IMG/VR virus record: IMGVR_UViG_3300031963_000166
Location: 1-58,516 of that record
Direction: 5' to 3' (one strand)
Origin: a virus
Taxonomy: Duplodnaviria; Caudoviricetes
DNA length: 58,516 nt
Part shown: in pieces, positions 36,404 through 47,600 of the stretch
Layout of the letters: each line of letters begins with the position of its first letter
Numbering within the stretch: the stretch's first letter is position 1
Notes under the pieces: model-generated
Database searches by the model: none
What the model was told of the DNA's origin: nothing
The model's input: the letters and a program-made list of their open reading frames with translations, nothing else
Made by a program: the position numbers and the translations under genes

Positions 36404-39400
36404 ATGGCTGTCCCAGCAAATGTAAAATATTACGAGTATCTCAAGTCAAAAAAGCTCGATGTGCCACCGACGTACGATTCGTTTCAAAAAACCCTCTCGG
36501 ACAAAGAGAAGGCGATGAAGTACTATTCCTATCTTTCATCCAAAAAGTCCCAGGGCATGGACGTCGACATCCCTGCTTCTTTTGACTCTTTTTACAACAC
36601 GTTAAACCCAAAGGGGGCATCATCAGAGGTTGGCGCGGCTTCTGGAGAAGATTTAAACGCGCCGCAGCAGCCTTCCGCTCCGAGTTTTACGGGGGCGAAA
36701 GGAATGAAGCCAAGGGGAATTCAGCCCGCCTTAAAACAAGAAGCTGAAAAGCCACGGCCAACCAAACCGTATCAAGATATCATGCCAAAGATGGAGGAAG
36801 CTCCATCCGAAACAACGCAGGCCGCAGTTCCCGCTCCTATATCGTTTGCCGAGCAGGAGCAAGAAAAGGCAAACGAAAGCATAAGGAGAGGATATCTACC
36901 ATCGAATCCAGCGATAGTTAACGACCGTGTAATTAGCGAGGTAGAGAAGGTCAGAGAAGAGGAGGGGATGGAGCCTATAGAGGACGTTTTGTCGAGAAGG
37001 GTTGCCCTCAATCAGATAGACGACGTAATGGAGACTTTCGGTCTATCAAGCGAACAGGTTGACGACTATATGGAAAATTCGGCAAGAGACATTGACTCGA
37101 TGGCTCTTGACCAGATAACCCAGGCGGCGGGCATGGACAGTGAATTTCTTGAATACAAGAAATCATTAAAGACGGGAGACGCCATAAGCCCCATCTATCA
37201 AGGAAGGATGAGGGAGAGTCAAAAAAAGGTTTTTGACGCAGCTATGGGCGACTATTGGAATTTCTTGGCGAGAAGCAATTACGGGGCATACAAGGACAAC
37301 AAGGACAAGTATGATGCGCTGAAGGCAAAGACTGCCGAGGAGAGAACGACTGAAGACGAAAGATGGTTAAAGCTCACGGAAGACAGAGCCACGGCTCTCT
37401 ATTCCGCTGCGGCAAAGAAGGAGGCTATTGGTTTGAAGGATAATATTTCCCAAAAACTAAAATCTGTTGCCGGCGTTGATTACGGAAAGTATCTTTCTGC
37501 GACAAAAGACTTCAATGCCAAGGCTTCTGCTCTTGAAAAAGAGCACGCCGCCGGGAAGATAAACGACCAACAGTACGAGGAAAAATACAATGCTGCGTAC
37601 GATGAATTAGAGGCCATCAAGAGAGACTCGGGCGTGAATGATAGCACAATGGCTACACTCAATGAGATTGACGACCTGACGTCAAAATACGGGCGGACAC
37701 TCCTGAAAGACGTAGCGGTAAAAACTTCAGGTTTTTCCGAGACTCGTAGCTACGATAAGTGGCTCGAGGAACTGGAAGAGAAGAAAAGGAATTCGGAAGA
37801 CTATGAGAGGTTGTGGAAGGAGTCTGGGGCGTTCGGTAAAGCGGTGCTTGGAGGTTATGAGTTTACCAGGAAATTGGGTGGCAGCGTATTTAATTCCGCT
37901 ATGGACGTGGCTGGGGGTCTCGTGAGAGTTCTTGATGCTGCGGACGCCAAGGGGCTTTACCAAGGTGTTGGCTATGATTTTTCGGATCAGATGTACGACA
38001 AAATCATGAACATGAAGGCCGTAACAGAATCCAAAAGGTTTGATGCGGACGCCGATTCTGTTCTTTATAATTTGGCCGACATGACCGGAAACGGATTTGG
38101 TTCTGTTGTTGCTTTTGGTCTTGGCGGATCTGCGGCACTTGCTTTAAAGGCGCCGGCAGCCGCTGGCACGTTCGTCACAGGATACCTCATGGCCGAGTCA
38201 TCTACTTATCAAGAGTTGATGGATAGCGGCGTCGTGTCAAGCCAGGAGGCCACCTTGATCTCAAATGCCGTAGCGCCAGTGGTAGCCTCCATAGAACTTC
38301 TTGTCCCTGACTCAAAAGTTATCCAGGGGTATGTTCGACCGGCCATAAGAGCTGCCGTTGTTCAGGGAAAGCCTCTTTTGAAGGCTGTTGACGAATCCTT
38401 GCAAACATACGCAAAGTCATTTGGCAAAGAGGCGTTCGAAGAGGGACTTGGATATGTGGGTGAGGTGTCGGCAAAAAACATTGTTGACGCGGTTGGCGGC
38501 TACGATTATTTCAATCAAGAGTTTTCACTGAAGGACTTGGTGATCAATTCTCTTGGCGGCGGGCTTACCGGCGGCTTGATGAATTTCTTCAGCTACTCAT
38601 CAACTCCATCTCCCGTTAAAGAGAGGGCGGTTCTTGAGATGGCTGAAAACGGGCAGCAGATTATAGATTCACACAAAAACGAAAGAACCATATCGGATCT
38701 CAGGACCACGCTGAGCAAGCCGATGGAAGATTTGCGCGGGCTTAAAGCCCATCCAAATTGGAACAATCTCGACAGAAGCAAGCAAGCCCGGGTTTTTTCC
38801 ATTAGTCAGCAAATAAGATCCCTCGAAGAGTCATCCGTACAAGACCCGATCGTTAAGGCTCAGGTCGGCAGATTGAAGGCTGAGCAGCAAGAAATATTGT
38901 CTCTTGGCGCGAACGGAATGGACGCAAAGGCTGTTGGTGTTTCGACTGACAAGCAGAGGGTTTTTATTGGTGATCAGCAGGCGTTTTTTTACATAAACGA
39001 GGACGGCGATTACGAGATAGAGTACAATGACGGCAGAAGCGTTGTTGTGTCTAAGGGCGAAGGCGCAGCCGAAAAGGTTCGTGCCATGGGGATAAGGGCC
39101 GACGACGGAGAGGTCGCGGCAATGAATAAAGAGAATCAAAACACACTCATTACCCCAAGGCTCGAAAGAGGTGCTACTGTTGACTACAACGGAAAGAACG
39201 CAACGGTAAATAGCTACAAAGAAAAAGACGGCAAGGTGGTGTATGTAAATTTGACCACCGAAGACGGAAGGACTCTGCAGATCAGGGAAGGTCAGGCAGG
39301 GGTGGGACAAGAATTATTAAATAATTTAAATAATCTACCTTATGATCAAAAAGACCAAACAAGGATATCAGGTGAAGTCGGAAAAGGGCAAGAACCTGTC

Positions 39401-42400
39401 ACAACCCAACCTGTCGAAAGCACAAGCGAAGAAGCGCCTGCAACAGGTGGAGTTCTTCAAGCACAAGAAGAAATAGACTCTGTAAGACAGCGGATAAATG
39501 CAATTGAAGCCGCAAGAAGAGAGGGCAGAATCCTTGAAGATGAAAAGCCTAATGAATTAAAGGGACTTAAGGCAAGGGAAAAAGAATTATTGTCCCAAGA
39601 GACCAAACCGTCTGGACAAAAATTAACCGTTGGAAGCAAAATTCAATGGGACGTATTCGGCAATGAATCAATGAATGAATGGACTGTTGCTGAAGAAACT
39701 ACAACTAAAGGCGGACAACCAGCGGTAAGGCTTACTCGGTTTATAGAACAGGGCGTTGCCGAAGGCGGCGGAGTTGCGGGGTACACTCAAGAACATATTG
39801 TGCCAATCGCTGACTTGCAAGGCAAGCCGGCCGCCGAAGCCGCCCCCCAAACACAAGGGCAAGAAGAAGTAATAGCTCCACAAGCAACAGAAGAAGCCGC
39901 TCCAAAGACCGAAGAAAAACCAACCCGTAAGACTCGACTCGCCAAATTATTTGAGGTATCCGAAGGAGAGGAGGCCGTGCCAGCAATTGAGCAGGCCCTT
40001 TCTGAAACCGGCATAAAGGTAGAAGTTATGGACGATGCCGAATACAACGAGGACAATCGCATAAAAGACAGTCAAGGTCGCGGTTCAGAAGGTATGTTTG
40101 TGGCTGATGACGGAACGATTATCTTAAACCGAGATAAGATTAAGGGCGAATGGGGTAAAACTATCGTGTTCCACGAAGGTATTCACCCCGTGGTAAACAT
40201 CATTCGCAACACTGATCCGAAACGATACAAGGCAATCGTGGAAGGACTAAAGGCAGAAGCTGCGAGGAACAACGATGTTGCCAGAGTTGCTGCCGACATT
40301 GCTGCTTCTGAAGAGTATCAAAGAAGAGGTCCTGAGAGTATTGAAGACGAGACCGTTGTTGAAACCATGGCTCGCGTGGCTACAGGGGATGTCAATATCG
40401 ATAAGTTTGAACCTACCTTCCGCGAGAAGTTCATTGAATTCATGAACGACATAGCTAAGGCACTTGGATTGAGACCTATCCTCACAAATTCTCCACGAGT
40501 TGAGGTGAAGCGTTTGGCTGATCAGATCAACAAAATGTTGAATGAGGGCGGTAAAATTAGCGATGTTGTAGGGAAGAAAAATGTAGGTGAATTTCAGAAC
40601 AAGATAACTTTAACCGATACAAACTCTGTTTTTTCAAATACAAGCTCTCAAGCCAGATTTGAAATGAAGTTTTTGGAAGACTCTGAAGACTTTACCAAAT
40701 TAATAGAAGAAGGGCGCGTAGTTCATAACGCAAGTTTAGATGACATAAACGGAGAAACTGTTGTTATTCATAATCCGGATAACTTTTCAACTGGAGAAAT
40801 AAAGTTCAGAGGAAAGGATCTTGTGAAGGGCGAAGGTGGTGTTTACTTTGTTTTGCTGTACGATGATGTATGGGCCTCTGGTAAAAAATCAAGTGCTTCG
40901 CAATTAGCTTCTTTGATAAATGAGTCATTACAAAAATCAACTGATGGTAAAGGTCGATTAGTTCTGGTAAAAGGAGACGCAAGCAAGAATTTAACAAGTG
41001 TAAAGGGAGCCAAGGCTCTTATGGGTGTTATGGAGATATTGGCGGATGATGGATTGATTCCGCTAAGTGCTTTTAGAAAAGCATTGAACATTGCCGGAAA
41101 GAAGTACGGTATCAATTTCGACGGAAGAAACGATGCTAAATCTATCCACAAGGATATTCAGGATAAATTTATGAATGTATCCAATTCATCTTTCGAAAGA
41201 AGAGGTGATTTCGTTCGTGATGTAATTGATGCCATAGCCAATCAAAATGTATTGTCCAAGGAGGCTATAGCGGAAATCGCTGAATCTATTGGAGCTAAAA
41301 GGAAAATGACCACGTTCTCTAAGGCGAGCATCCTTGATTCTGTTGCGTATGCGACCAGCGAAAGGATGCTCAGAGATATTCCTAATTCTCATGTATACGC
41401 TGTAATAGAAACGTCTTCAAAAGTAAAGCCTGAATTTGTAGGCAAGCATGAGTCTTACCCATGGCATATAGTTACTGAGGACGGAAGCAAACCTATTCTT
41501 TATATACTTAAGGACAGACCATTCTATAACGATGCATTTGTAGCCGCTAAAAGCACTGAGAAAGTAAAAGAAGGGGAAAGATTTGGTGACGTAAGCCGTG
41601 CTGGATTGGCTCAAAGAGGCATGGGGCTTGCTAAAGTGGAAACGAAACCGACTGGCCAACCGTCCAAGGGCATCAAACGCGGCAGAAACTTAGTCAAGGA
41701 CACCTACTACGAAGCCGGCCTGACCGAAGACAAGAATGACTATGTATTCTTCCATGTATCGTCAGCTCCCAAGGCTTCGATTATGAAGGGTATTGATAGT
41801 ACCAAGTATACCTCGCTTAGAACGGCAAGAGAAGAGAAGGGCCTACAATATGGTGTTGCCTCTTATTACACTCGTCCGGAAGATGGAGAAAGAATGGTGG
41901 GTGGTGAAAAGTATGCGGTTCGCGTACCTAAGGGCAAGGTTTATCCTATCGATTCCGATCCAATGGGATACGGAGAAAAGGCTGAGGAAAATGTACCACA
42001 AGGTACACCATTCCGTGGAGAGGCCGTGAAGCGTGAGATCGCAGACATGGCTAAGAAGGATGGATACCAAATGATTGTTGGCGAGTGGTCTTACAGCCGC
42101 ACTGGAAAGCCAGCAGGAGAGATTCCTGAGTTCCGCGCAGACGCACTTGTGCCACTCAAGCCTACTGCCGAGAAGCCAACGTCGTTCACATCAAACGCCG
42201 AGAAGGGCATGGAGAGAATTCCGTTCCCAAGTCAGCAGAGCGAACAGGCTAAGCAGGAACTTGAGAACATCGCCTCTGAGGTGCGTGATATTATGTCGAG
42301 CAAGAAGAAGTTCTCAAGCAAGGAATACCAGCTTGCCGACAGCGTTTACATGAGCGGTCAGGTTACGGAAAATAAGTACGAAGACAACGAATTCAAGCGC

Positions 42401-44185
42401 GACATCACTCCAGAAGAGTACGACATGATGACCAAAGTTCTTCCTAAGAATATGCAGGAAGACGCAGCCCGTGTGCGTGGACTGTTGTTCGGTGGTAAGA
42501 AAAAAGGACAGGCTTCTAAGGGTATTCCAAGAACATCTAAAGAGTTCGCAGGGAATGTGGGAGAGACGATCGACCGCATCAAGGCTGCAACATCGGAGGA
42601 CGGGGCAACGCTCAACCTCGATGGTACAACTTACGAAGACGGAGGTCTTGTGGTTCCTGCCGGTTCATTGAACGTGGCCCAGGATGAGGTTACTGCCGAG
42701 GGCTTGTTTGACTTCTTGAAGGACAACGAGGAGAATATTTCCAGCGACATATTCAAGATTGGACTTTACAAGTTCCCAGACCGTCCAGAGGTTTCTTATG
42801 ACTTGAACATCGTGATTCCAAGGGAGTACCGTGATGTGGCCTTGAAGTTTGGTGAGTTATCTGGACAGGAATCACTGTTTGACCTTGACACATTCGAGAA
42901 CATCAAGACCGGATCGGACGGTAAGAATCCACGCAAATTCACGGCCCAAGAGCTTGCTGAGATTGCTAAGGATTTGTCTGAGGGCAGACTTCCAAAGATT
43001 GTTGGAGGCAAGGGACAGCCATCAATGATGAAGCGTACTCCAGCCTTGGCATCCGTAGAGAGTACGGCTAAGGCGTTGGGAGGGATGAAGGATGACGCTG
43101 AAAATATATTTAGTAAATACAAAATACAAGGGTATGGTAGTAGATTTACATATCCAAACAAGATAAATATAAGCAGAATATCTGATTTAGAGTATCTAAA
43201 AGAATGGGTAAAGGGCGTTAACCCTAATTTGGATATTGATTTTGAAAAAAATGACCCCGAATATAGGAGTATCGCAGACAAGCAGATTGATTGGAATATA
43301 AAAGAGCTTTCAAGCATACTTAGTAATGCAAAAAATAAGGGTTATATTATTGGCAAGAGGGTAATAAATACGGATGGTACTCCAATAGATATAAAAAACA
43401 TAGGTCATTCTTTTTCGGTAGATGATTCTAATTTGCCGTCTTTTGGTAATTCCGATAAGTTAAAAACAAAAACAACTGTAAAAATACCATTTGAGGCTAT
43501 AAATTTAGAGGCTACCACTGATAGGTTTGCGTATTATGGTAACTCGGAGTATGAGATTGTTGTTAAGCCTAATGAAAAACTTGAACTATTAAAGTACGAA
43601 GAAGTGGACAGAAGTAATAGATATGCTTCTAAGCCAATAACAGAAAAAGAAATCTCAAGTGGTTTCTATAGAATAGAAAAACAAGTCTCCGAAGCCTACC
43701 ACAAAGCCAAAGCAGACGGCAGCAATCCTGAACTTGTAAAAGCAGTAGAAGATTTAATCGGCAAGCCAAAACAAGGACAGCCATCAAGACTAAAGCGCAC
43801 CCCAGCCCAAATCAGACAAGCTGTAGAAGATGGGGTAGATGCAGTTGAAGCAGCGATCGCTGAGAGCATGGATCCACAGCAGGCCGTTGACGAGAACATC
43901 TCAAACCAGGAATGGTACGGTGATTTGAGTGCTGCCCAGAAGGAACAGTTGAATGAAATCCTTCAAGATGAGTTCGGCGCATCAGTTAGGGAGAAAAATG
44001 CCGTCAACGACAAGGCCAGGGCGGTGTCTGATTTGTGGGCGGAAGGAAGCCGCGAATCTAAGAAGAGAATAACTGATATTTTGGAAGATGAGCCTGAGCT
44101 TTCGTACATTTACGCCAATTATCCAAAAATACTAAAACAGCTTGAGTCGGCTGGGTTGATAACAAAAACAGACGGATGTCCATGA
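36404..44185 (+). CDS. Giant polyvalent ejection or cargo protein (2593 aa)
   Basis: Helical N-terminal half with A/G-rich hydrophobic segments; zincin HEGIH at 40172-40186; several C-terminal modules separated by GQ[PA]S linkers. Confidence 0.8.
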   Translation: MAVPANVKYYEYLKSKKLDVPPTYDSFQKTLSDKEKAMKYYSYLSSKKSQGMDVDIPASFDSFYNTLNPKGASSEVGAASGEDLNAPQQPSAPSFTGAKGMKPRGIQPALKQEAEKPRPTKPYQDIMPKMEEAPSETTQAAVPAPISFAEQEQEKANESIRRGYLPSNPAIVNDRVISEVEKVREEEGMEPIEDVLSRRVALNQIDDVMETFGLSSEQVDDYMENSARDIDSMALDQITQAAGMDSEFLEYKKSLKTGDAISPIYQGRMRESQKKVFDAAMGDYWNFLARSNYGAYKDNKDKYDALKAKTAEERTTEDERWLKLTEDRATALYSAAAKKEAIGLKDNISQKLKSVAGVDYGKYLSATKDFNAKASALEKEHAAGKINDQQYEEKYNAAYDELEAIKRDSGVNDSTMATLNEIDDLTSKYGRTLLKDVAVKTSGFSETRSYDKWLEELEEKKRNSEDYERLWKESGAFGKAVLGGYEFTRKLGGSVFNSAMDVAGGLVRVLDAADAKGLYQGVGYDFSDQMYDKIMNMKAVTESKRFDADADSVLYNLADMTGNGFGSVVAFGLGGSAALALKAPAAAGTFVTGYLMAESSTYQELMDSGVVSSQEATLISNAVAPVVASIELLVPDSKVIQGYVRPAIRAAVVQGKPLLKAVDESLQTYAKSFGKEAFEEGLGYVGEVSAKNIVDAVGGYDYFNQEFSLKDLVINSLGGGLTGGLMNFFSYSSTPSPVKERAVLEMAENGQQIIDSHKNERTISDLRTTLSKPMEDLRGLKAHPNWNNLDRSKQARVFSISQQIRSLEESSVQDPIVKAQVGRLKAEQQEILSLGANGMDAKAVGVSTDKQRVFIGDQQAFFYINEDGDYEIEYNDGRSVVVSKGEGAAEKVRAMGIRADDGEVAAMNKENQNTLITPRLERGATVDYNGKNATVNSYKEKDGKVVYVNLTTEDGRTLQIREGQAGVGQELLNNLNNLPYDQKDQTRISGEVGKGQEPVTTQPVESTSEEAPATGGVLQAQEEIDSVRQRINAIEAARREGRILEDEKPNELKGLKAREKELLSQETKPSGQKLTVGSKIQWDVFGNESMNEWTVAEETTTKGGQPAVRLTRFIEQGVAEGGGVAGYTQEHIVPIADLQGKPAAEAAPQTQGQEEVIAPQATEEAAPKTEEKPTRKTRLAKLFEVSEGEEAVPAIEQALSETGIKVEVMDDAEYNEDNRIKDSQGRGSEGMFVADDGTIILNRDKIKGEWGKTIVFHEGIHPVVNIIRNTDPKRYKAIVEGLKAEAARNNDVARVAADIAASEEYQRRGPESIEDETVVETMARVATGDVNIDKFEPTFREKFIEFMNDIAKALGLRPILTNSPRVEVKRLADQINKMLNEGGKISDVVGKKNVGEFQNKITLTDTNSVFSNTSSQARFEMKFLEDSEDFTKLIEEGRVVHNASLDDINGETVVIHNPDNFSTGEIKFRGKDLVKGEGGVYFVLLYDDVWASGKKSSASQLASLINESLQKSTDGKGRLVLVKGDASKNLTSVKGAKALMGVMEILADDGLIPLSAFRKALNIAGKKYGINFDGRNDAKSIHKDIQDKFMNVSNSSFERRGDFVRDVIDAIANQNVLSKEAIAEIAESIGAKRKMTTFSKASILDSVAYATSERMLRDIPNSHVYAVIETSSKVKPEFVGKHESYPWHIVTEDGSKPILYILKDRPFYNDAFVAAKSTEKVKEGERFGDVSRAGLAQRGMGLAKVETKPTGQPSKGIKRGRNLVKDTYYEAGLTEDKNDYVFFHVSSAPKASIMKGIDSTKYTSLRTAREEKGLQYGVASYYTRPEDGERMVGGEKYAVRVPKGKVYPIDSDPMGYGEKAEENVPQGTPFRGEAVKREIADMAKKDGYQMIVGEWSYSRTGKPAGEIPEFRADALVPLKPTAEKPTSFTSNAEKGMERIPFPSQQSEQAKQELENIASEVRDIMSSKKKFSSKEYQLADSVYMSGQVTENKYEDNEFKRDITPEEYDMMTKVLPKNMQEDAARVRGLLFGGKKKGQASKGIPRTSKEFAGNVGETIDRIKAATSEDGATLNLDGTTYEDGGLVVPAGSLNVAQDEVTAEGLFDFLKDNEENISSDIFKIGLYKFPDRPEVSYDLNIVIPREYRDVALKFGELSGQESLFDLDTFENIKTGSDGKNPRKFTAQELAEIAKDLSEGRLPKIVGGKGQPSMMKRTPALASVESTAKALGGMKDDAENIFSKYKIQGYGSRFTYPNKINISRISDLEYLKEWVKGVNPNLDIDFEKNDPEYRSIADKQIDWNIKELSSILSNAKNKGYIIGKRVINTDGTPIDIKNIGHSFSVDDSNLPSFGNSDKLKTKTTVKIPFEAINLEATTDRFAYYGNSEYEIVVKPNEKLELLKYEEVDRSNRYASKPITEKEISSGFYRIEKQVSEAYHKAKADGSNPELVKAVEDLIGKPKQGQPSRLKRTPAQIRQAVEDGVDAVEAAIAESMDPQQAVDENISNQEWYGDLSAAQKEQLNEILQDEFGASVREKNAVNDKARAVSDLWAEGSRESKKRITDILEDEPELSYIYANYPKILKQLESAGLITKTDGCP
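39342..39476 (+). CDS. Overprinted small basic protein (44 aa) in the +1 frame of the giant gene
   Basis: Own translation: MIKKTKQGYQVKSEKGKNLSQPNLSKAQAKKRLQQVEFFKHKKK; AT-rich leader immediately upstream. Confidence 0.6.
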   Translation: MIKKTKQGYQVKSEKGKNLSQPNLSKAQAKKRLQQVEFFKHKKK

Positions 44186-44682
44186 TTAAAAAACTTGACA
44201 AAAAGGTTGTAGATCTTCTTCTCCCTCGGATGAAAGATGAATACAGCGCATTTTACTTTTATCGCGCCGCCAGCAATTGGTGCCAAGGGGTTGGCTTTTT
44301 TCAAGCCGCCAAGTTTTTTGCCGCTGAGTCGCAGGACGAGCTTGAGCATGCAAAGAAAATTGAAAAATACATCACCGATTGGAACGTAATCCCGGAACTG
44401 CCGACTGTAAATCGCCCGCAGATTGAGTTTTCGGGCATCATGGAGGTGTTGGAAGAGGCTTACAAGCTTGAATACGACCTGTACGAGGCTTACGAAGAAA
44501 CGTCTAAGAAGCTTTTTGAGATTGATCTGTGCGCGTTTGATTTTCTCCAACCGTTGCGATTGATCCAGAACGATTCCGTATCCGAGTATAGCGACAAGCT
44601 GAACCTGCTCGAAGGAGTAGACGTTGCCGATAAGTTCAAAGTTTTATTGTTGGAAGAAAAGTTGTTTTCCGTAAATGGCTAA
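44182..44682 (+). CDS. Ferritin (non-heme type)
   Basis: DE.SAFYFY ... AAKFF ... QDELEHAKKI ... EEAYKLE ... FDFLQ ... IQ; ATGA overlap with the upstream stop (alternative start 44176). Confidence 0.88.
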   Translation: MIKKLDKKVVDLLLPRMKDEYSAFYFYRAASNWCQGVGFFQAAKFFAAESQDELEHAKKIEKYITDWNVIPELPTVNRPQIEFSGIMEVLEEAYKLEYDLYEAYEETSKKLFEIDLCAFDFLQPLRLIQNDSVSEYSDKLNLLEGVDVADKFKVLLLEEKLFSVNG

Positions 44683-47600
44683 TCCTTGCAAAATAACATA
44701 CACACCCAAGGGAGGGAATCCGCGAGAATATGACTATGCCGAATTCATGACCGCCCTTAAGGACGGTCTTTTTGCTGAATTAACAAGGTCAGGCGCGATA
44801 AACCCAAATGCAATGAAGGGCGAAAACCCATTTGTTGCCACCAAACAAAAGCCAAGCCCAAAACAAACGGCTCAGGATCGAGCCGTGCAGAGCATGCATG
44901 AGTTCATGAAGGACGGGATAAGTGCGGCCTACGGGGATGTCAAAGGAGGCGCTTACGCGTCAAGAGCAAGGGAGCAGCGCGGGATGAAGGATAAGGATTA
45001 CGTCTCTTATAATCAGGACTCGTTAAACCTTCTTGGTCAGCAAAAGTTTCAAGAGCTTCTTGACAGATATAATTCGGGAGAAAAGGACGTGTTCGATACG
45101 GTTCTCGAGGCCATGGACAACATGACCGATAGAGAGAGAAAGAATTCTCCGGTGCTGAGTCCGCTTTATAGTGTGGTGCTGACTAAAGCTGCCCACCATT
45201 TCTTTATGACTGGCAACATGGCTGCGGCTAATAAGATATACAGCGAACTATCGGCATCCCTTTCAGCAAAGGGTCAGGACATATCAACCGCCAGCGCACT
45301 ATCTGCGCCCGAGCAATTGGCAAATAGATTGATGTTTGAGGATACAGGCCGCCAATCATTTTTGAATCGGGTAATATCCGGGGAAATGACCATTGGAGAA
45401 GCCATATCGGAAATAATTGCCATTGCAAGACTTGACCGAGATCAGGTAACCAGCATCGTTGCAAGGGTGGTCCCGAAGGTTGGTAAAAAAATCGTCGTCC
45501 CAACAAAAAGCAAGCAGTCCGATAAAAGAAGGGCAGAGGTTCAGGCGATTAAGGACATTCTTGATAAAATGAAGTCCGGACAGCCTTCCGCAATGAGAAG
45601 AGGAGGGCAACCATCCCCTTCTCGTCAAAACAGGATCCCCGCAGAGATAATTCCTCACATTGAGGAGCTCGCGAGGTCTTATGCGGAAGACGGTGCTGTA
45701 TCGGTTAATCAAATAAAGTCAAGAGTGTGGGCGAACCTGAAGGGGCTGATACCTGGGTACAAGACAGATGTTGATGAGCTTATCGACCAGGCTGCCCAAT
45801 CGCTTGAGTCAACCATAAAGTCAAACAAGAAGGCTTCCTCCGAGGCTCGACTCATTAGTGCGCTCGAGGGGGTCATTGACGATATGGATGCTTCTCGAAA
45901 AAAGGCGGTAAAAATACTTTCGGACATGATTCTGGAGAATGATCCGGGATATGTTGCCGCCAGAAGCAGGGGCGAAAAGGTAAAGGCAAGAGAAAGGCTT
46001 CAAAAAATTCTTGCCAACAAAACAGAGGCTGTTGGCATTTTATCATCCGCAAGAGCGATAGCAGAGGCTCAGATCATGGGTAATGAAAATATCGATCCCG
46101 CAACAAAACAGGCTATCATAAACGGGATTGATGACATGGTTTCCGATATTCTTGATATGCCCGTTGGCAAATCTGAACTCAGAGCCGCGAGCTCGGCTCT
46201 TTCCGACGAATCTGTTAAGGACGCCATAATCGATATCGCCATAAAGCATTACGGAGACCCGCAGCCGGGTATAGAAAATCTTGCCGCCCAACTCGTGTCA
46301 GACCTTGGTGTGGATCCCGCTTATGCAAATGAATTGCAGCAGCTTCTTCAATCAGAGATTGCTGACGCGGTTTCCAAGAAAATGGACAAGGAGGCCGCGA
46401 GGATTGATCGGATTGTCGGCAACGTTCTCGCGGGGAAAGAAGTGAGAAAAGCGGTTGTTAACGCCATTACTAAAGGGGAGCTCACCGACACCATGCTTGG
46501 AGATGCCTTGATGAACGCCCTTGATTATAGGGGTTTTTCAGCAAAGGATATTGAAACTCTCAGAAACTATTTCACAAGACTTCAGCAACTAACCCCTGGA
46601 GAAGAGCTTTATCAGCAGATAAATCGATATATTAACGACGTTCTTTCCGATTACGACGAAACCACTGCGGCAATGATCGGCAGGTGGCTTACGGAGCAGA
46701 TGTATATTTCCGCCCTCTCAAGCGTTATGAATACAGCCGTGATGGCATCTGGTGTTGGAGCCGTTGTGTCAACTATCCAACACGGGATTTTTACAGCCAT
46801 AATGAATCCATCGAGAATGGCAAGAGCACTAAAGCATGCGCGGAGTATGAGGAAGGCTAAGGCAACAATGGGATGGGAGACTGTTGCTGCAAAATGGAGC
46901 AAGCCAGAGTCTCAATTTGGCGAAACCACCCTACTGGAGAGACCGGAAGAAAAGTCTCACGGGGCGGTTGTCAGGGTTACCCAGAAGACGTTTGCTCAAA
47001 TATTCGAAGACATCGCAAAGGCCAAGGGGAATAGAAAAGGGTATTTTATCGCTCAGGCAGTATTGAAGGCGATCAATCATTCTGTTACCATGTCGGGTGC
47101 AAGAAAAAGAAAGTGGATGCCGTCTTTTTCTCAAATATCTATGACTATGATGTCCGCCCAGGATATTTTAATGGGGGGCTTCTTGCAAGACATGTACTCC
47201 TACATCGAGGCTGATCGTTATGTCCATAATTTGAATCGCTTATCAGGAGTTCCTATGAAGAAGGGCACGGAGGCGTGGAGCCAGTATAAGAAGGCTAAAT
47301 TGGACGAGATCCTGTCTGCCGGTTCGGGCGCTATTGAAAAAATGCAACTTGAGGTGGAAGAAGAAGCTATGGATTTAATTCGAAAGGGAGAGGAATTACC
47401 GAAGGGGTGGAGAAGGCGTCGTCTCAGGGACAAGATTCATAAAGCCATGCCAGCGGAGGTTGTAAACGAGATGGCTCATCAGGCTAAAAAAGCGCTTTTG
47501 CTTCAGAAACCGGAGACATCTCTCGGGGCATGGATTTTTGACGGGGTCTCTCGGGCGCAGGGCATCAAGGACTCGGACAACGCAGGAAGAGTGTTTGGCA

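Noticed and set aside
38030-38060. FDADAD in the giant protein as an RNA polymerase DxDxD site
   Set aside because: Lies in a helical A/G-rich region without the surrounding polymerase context
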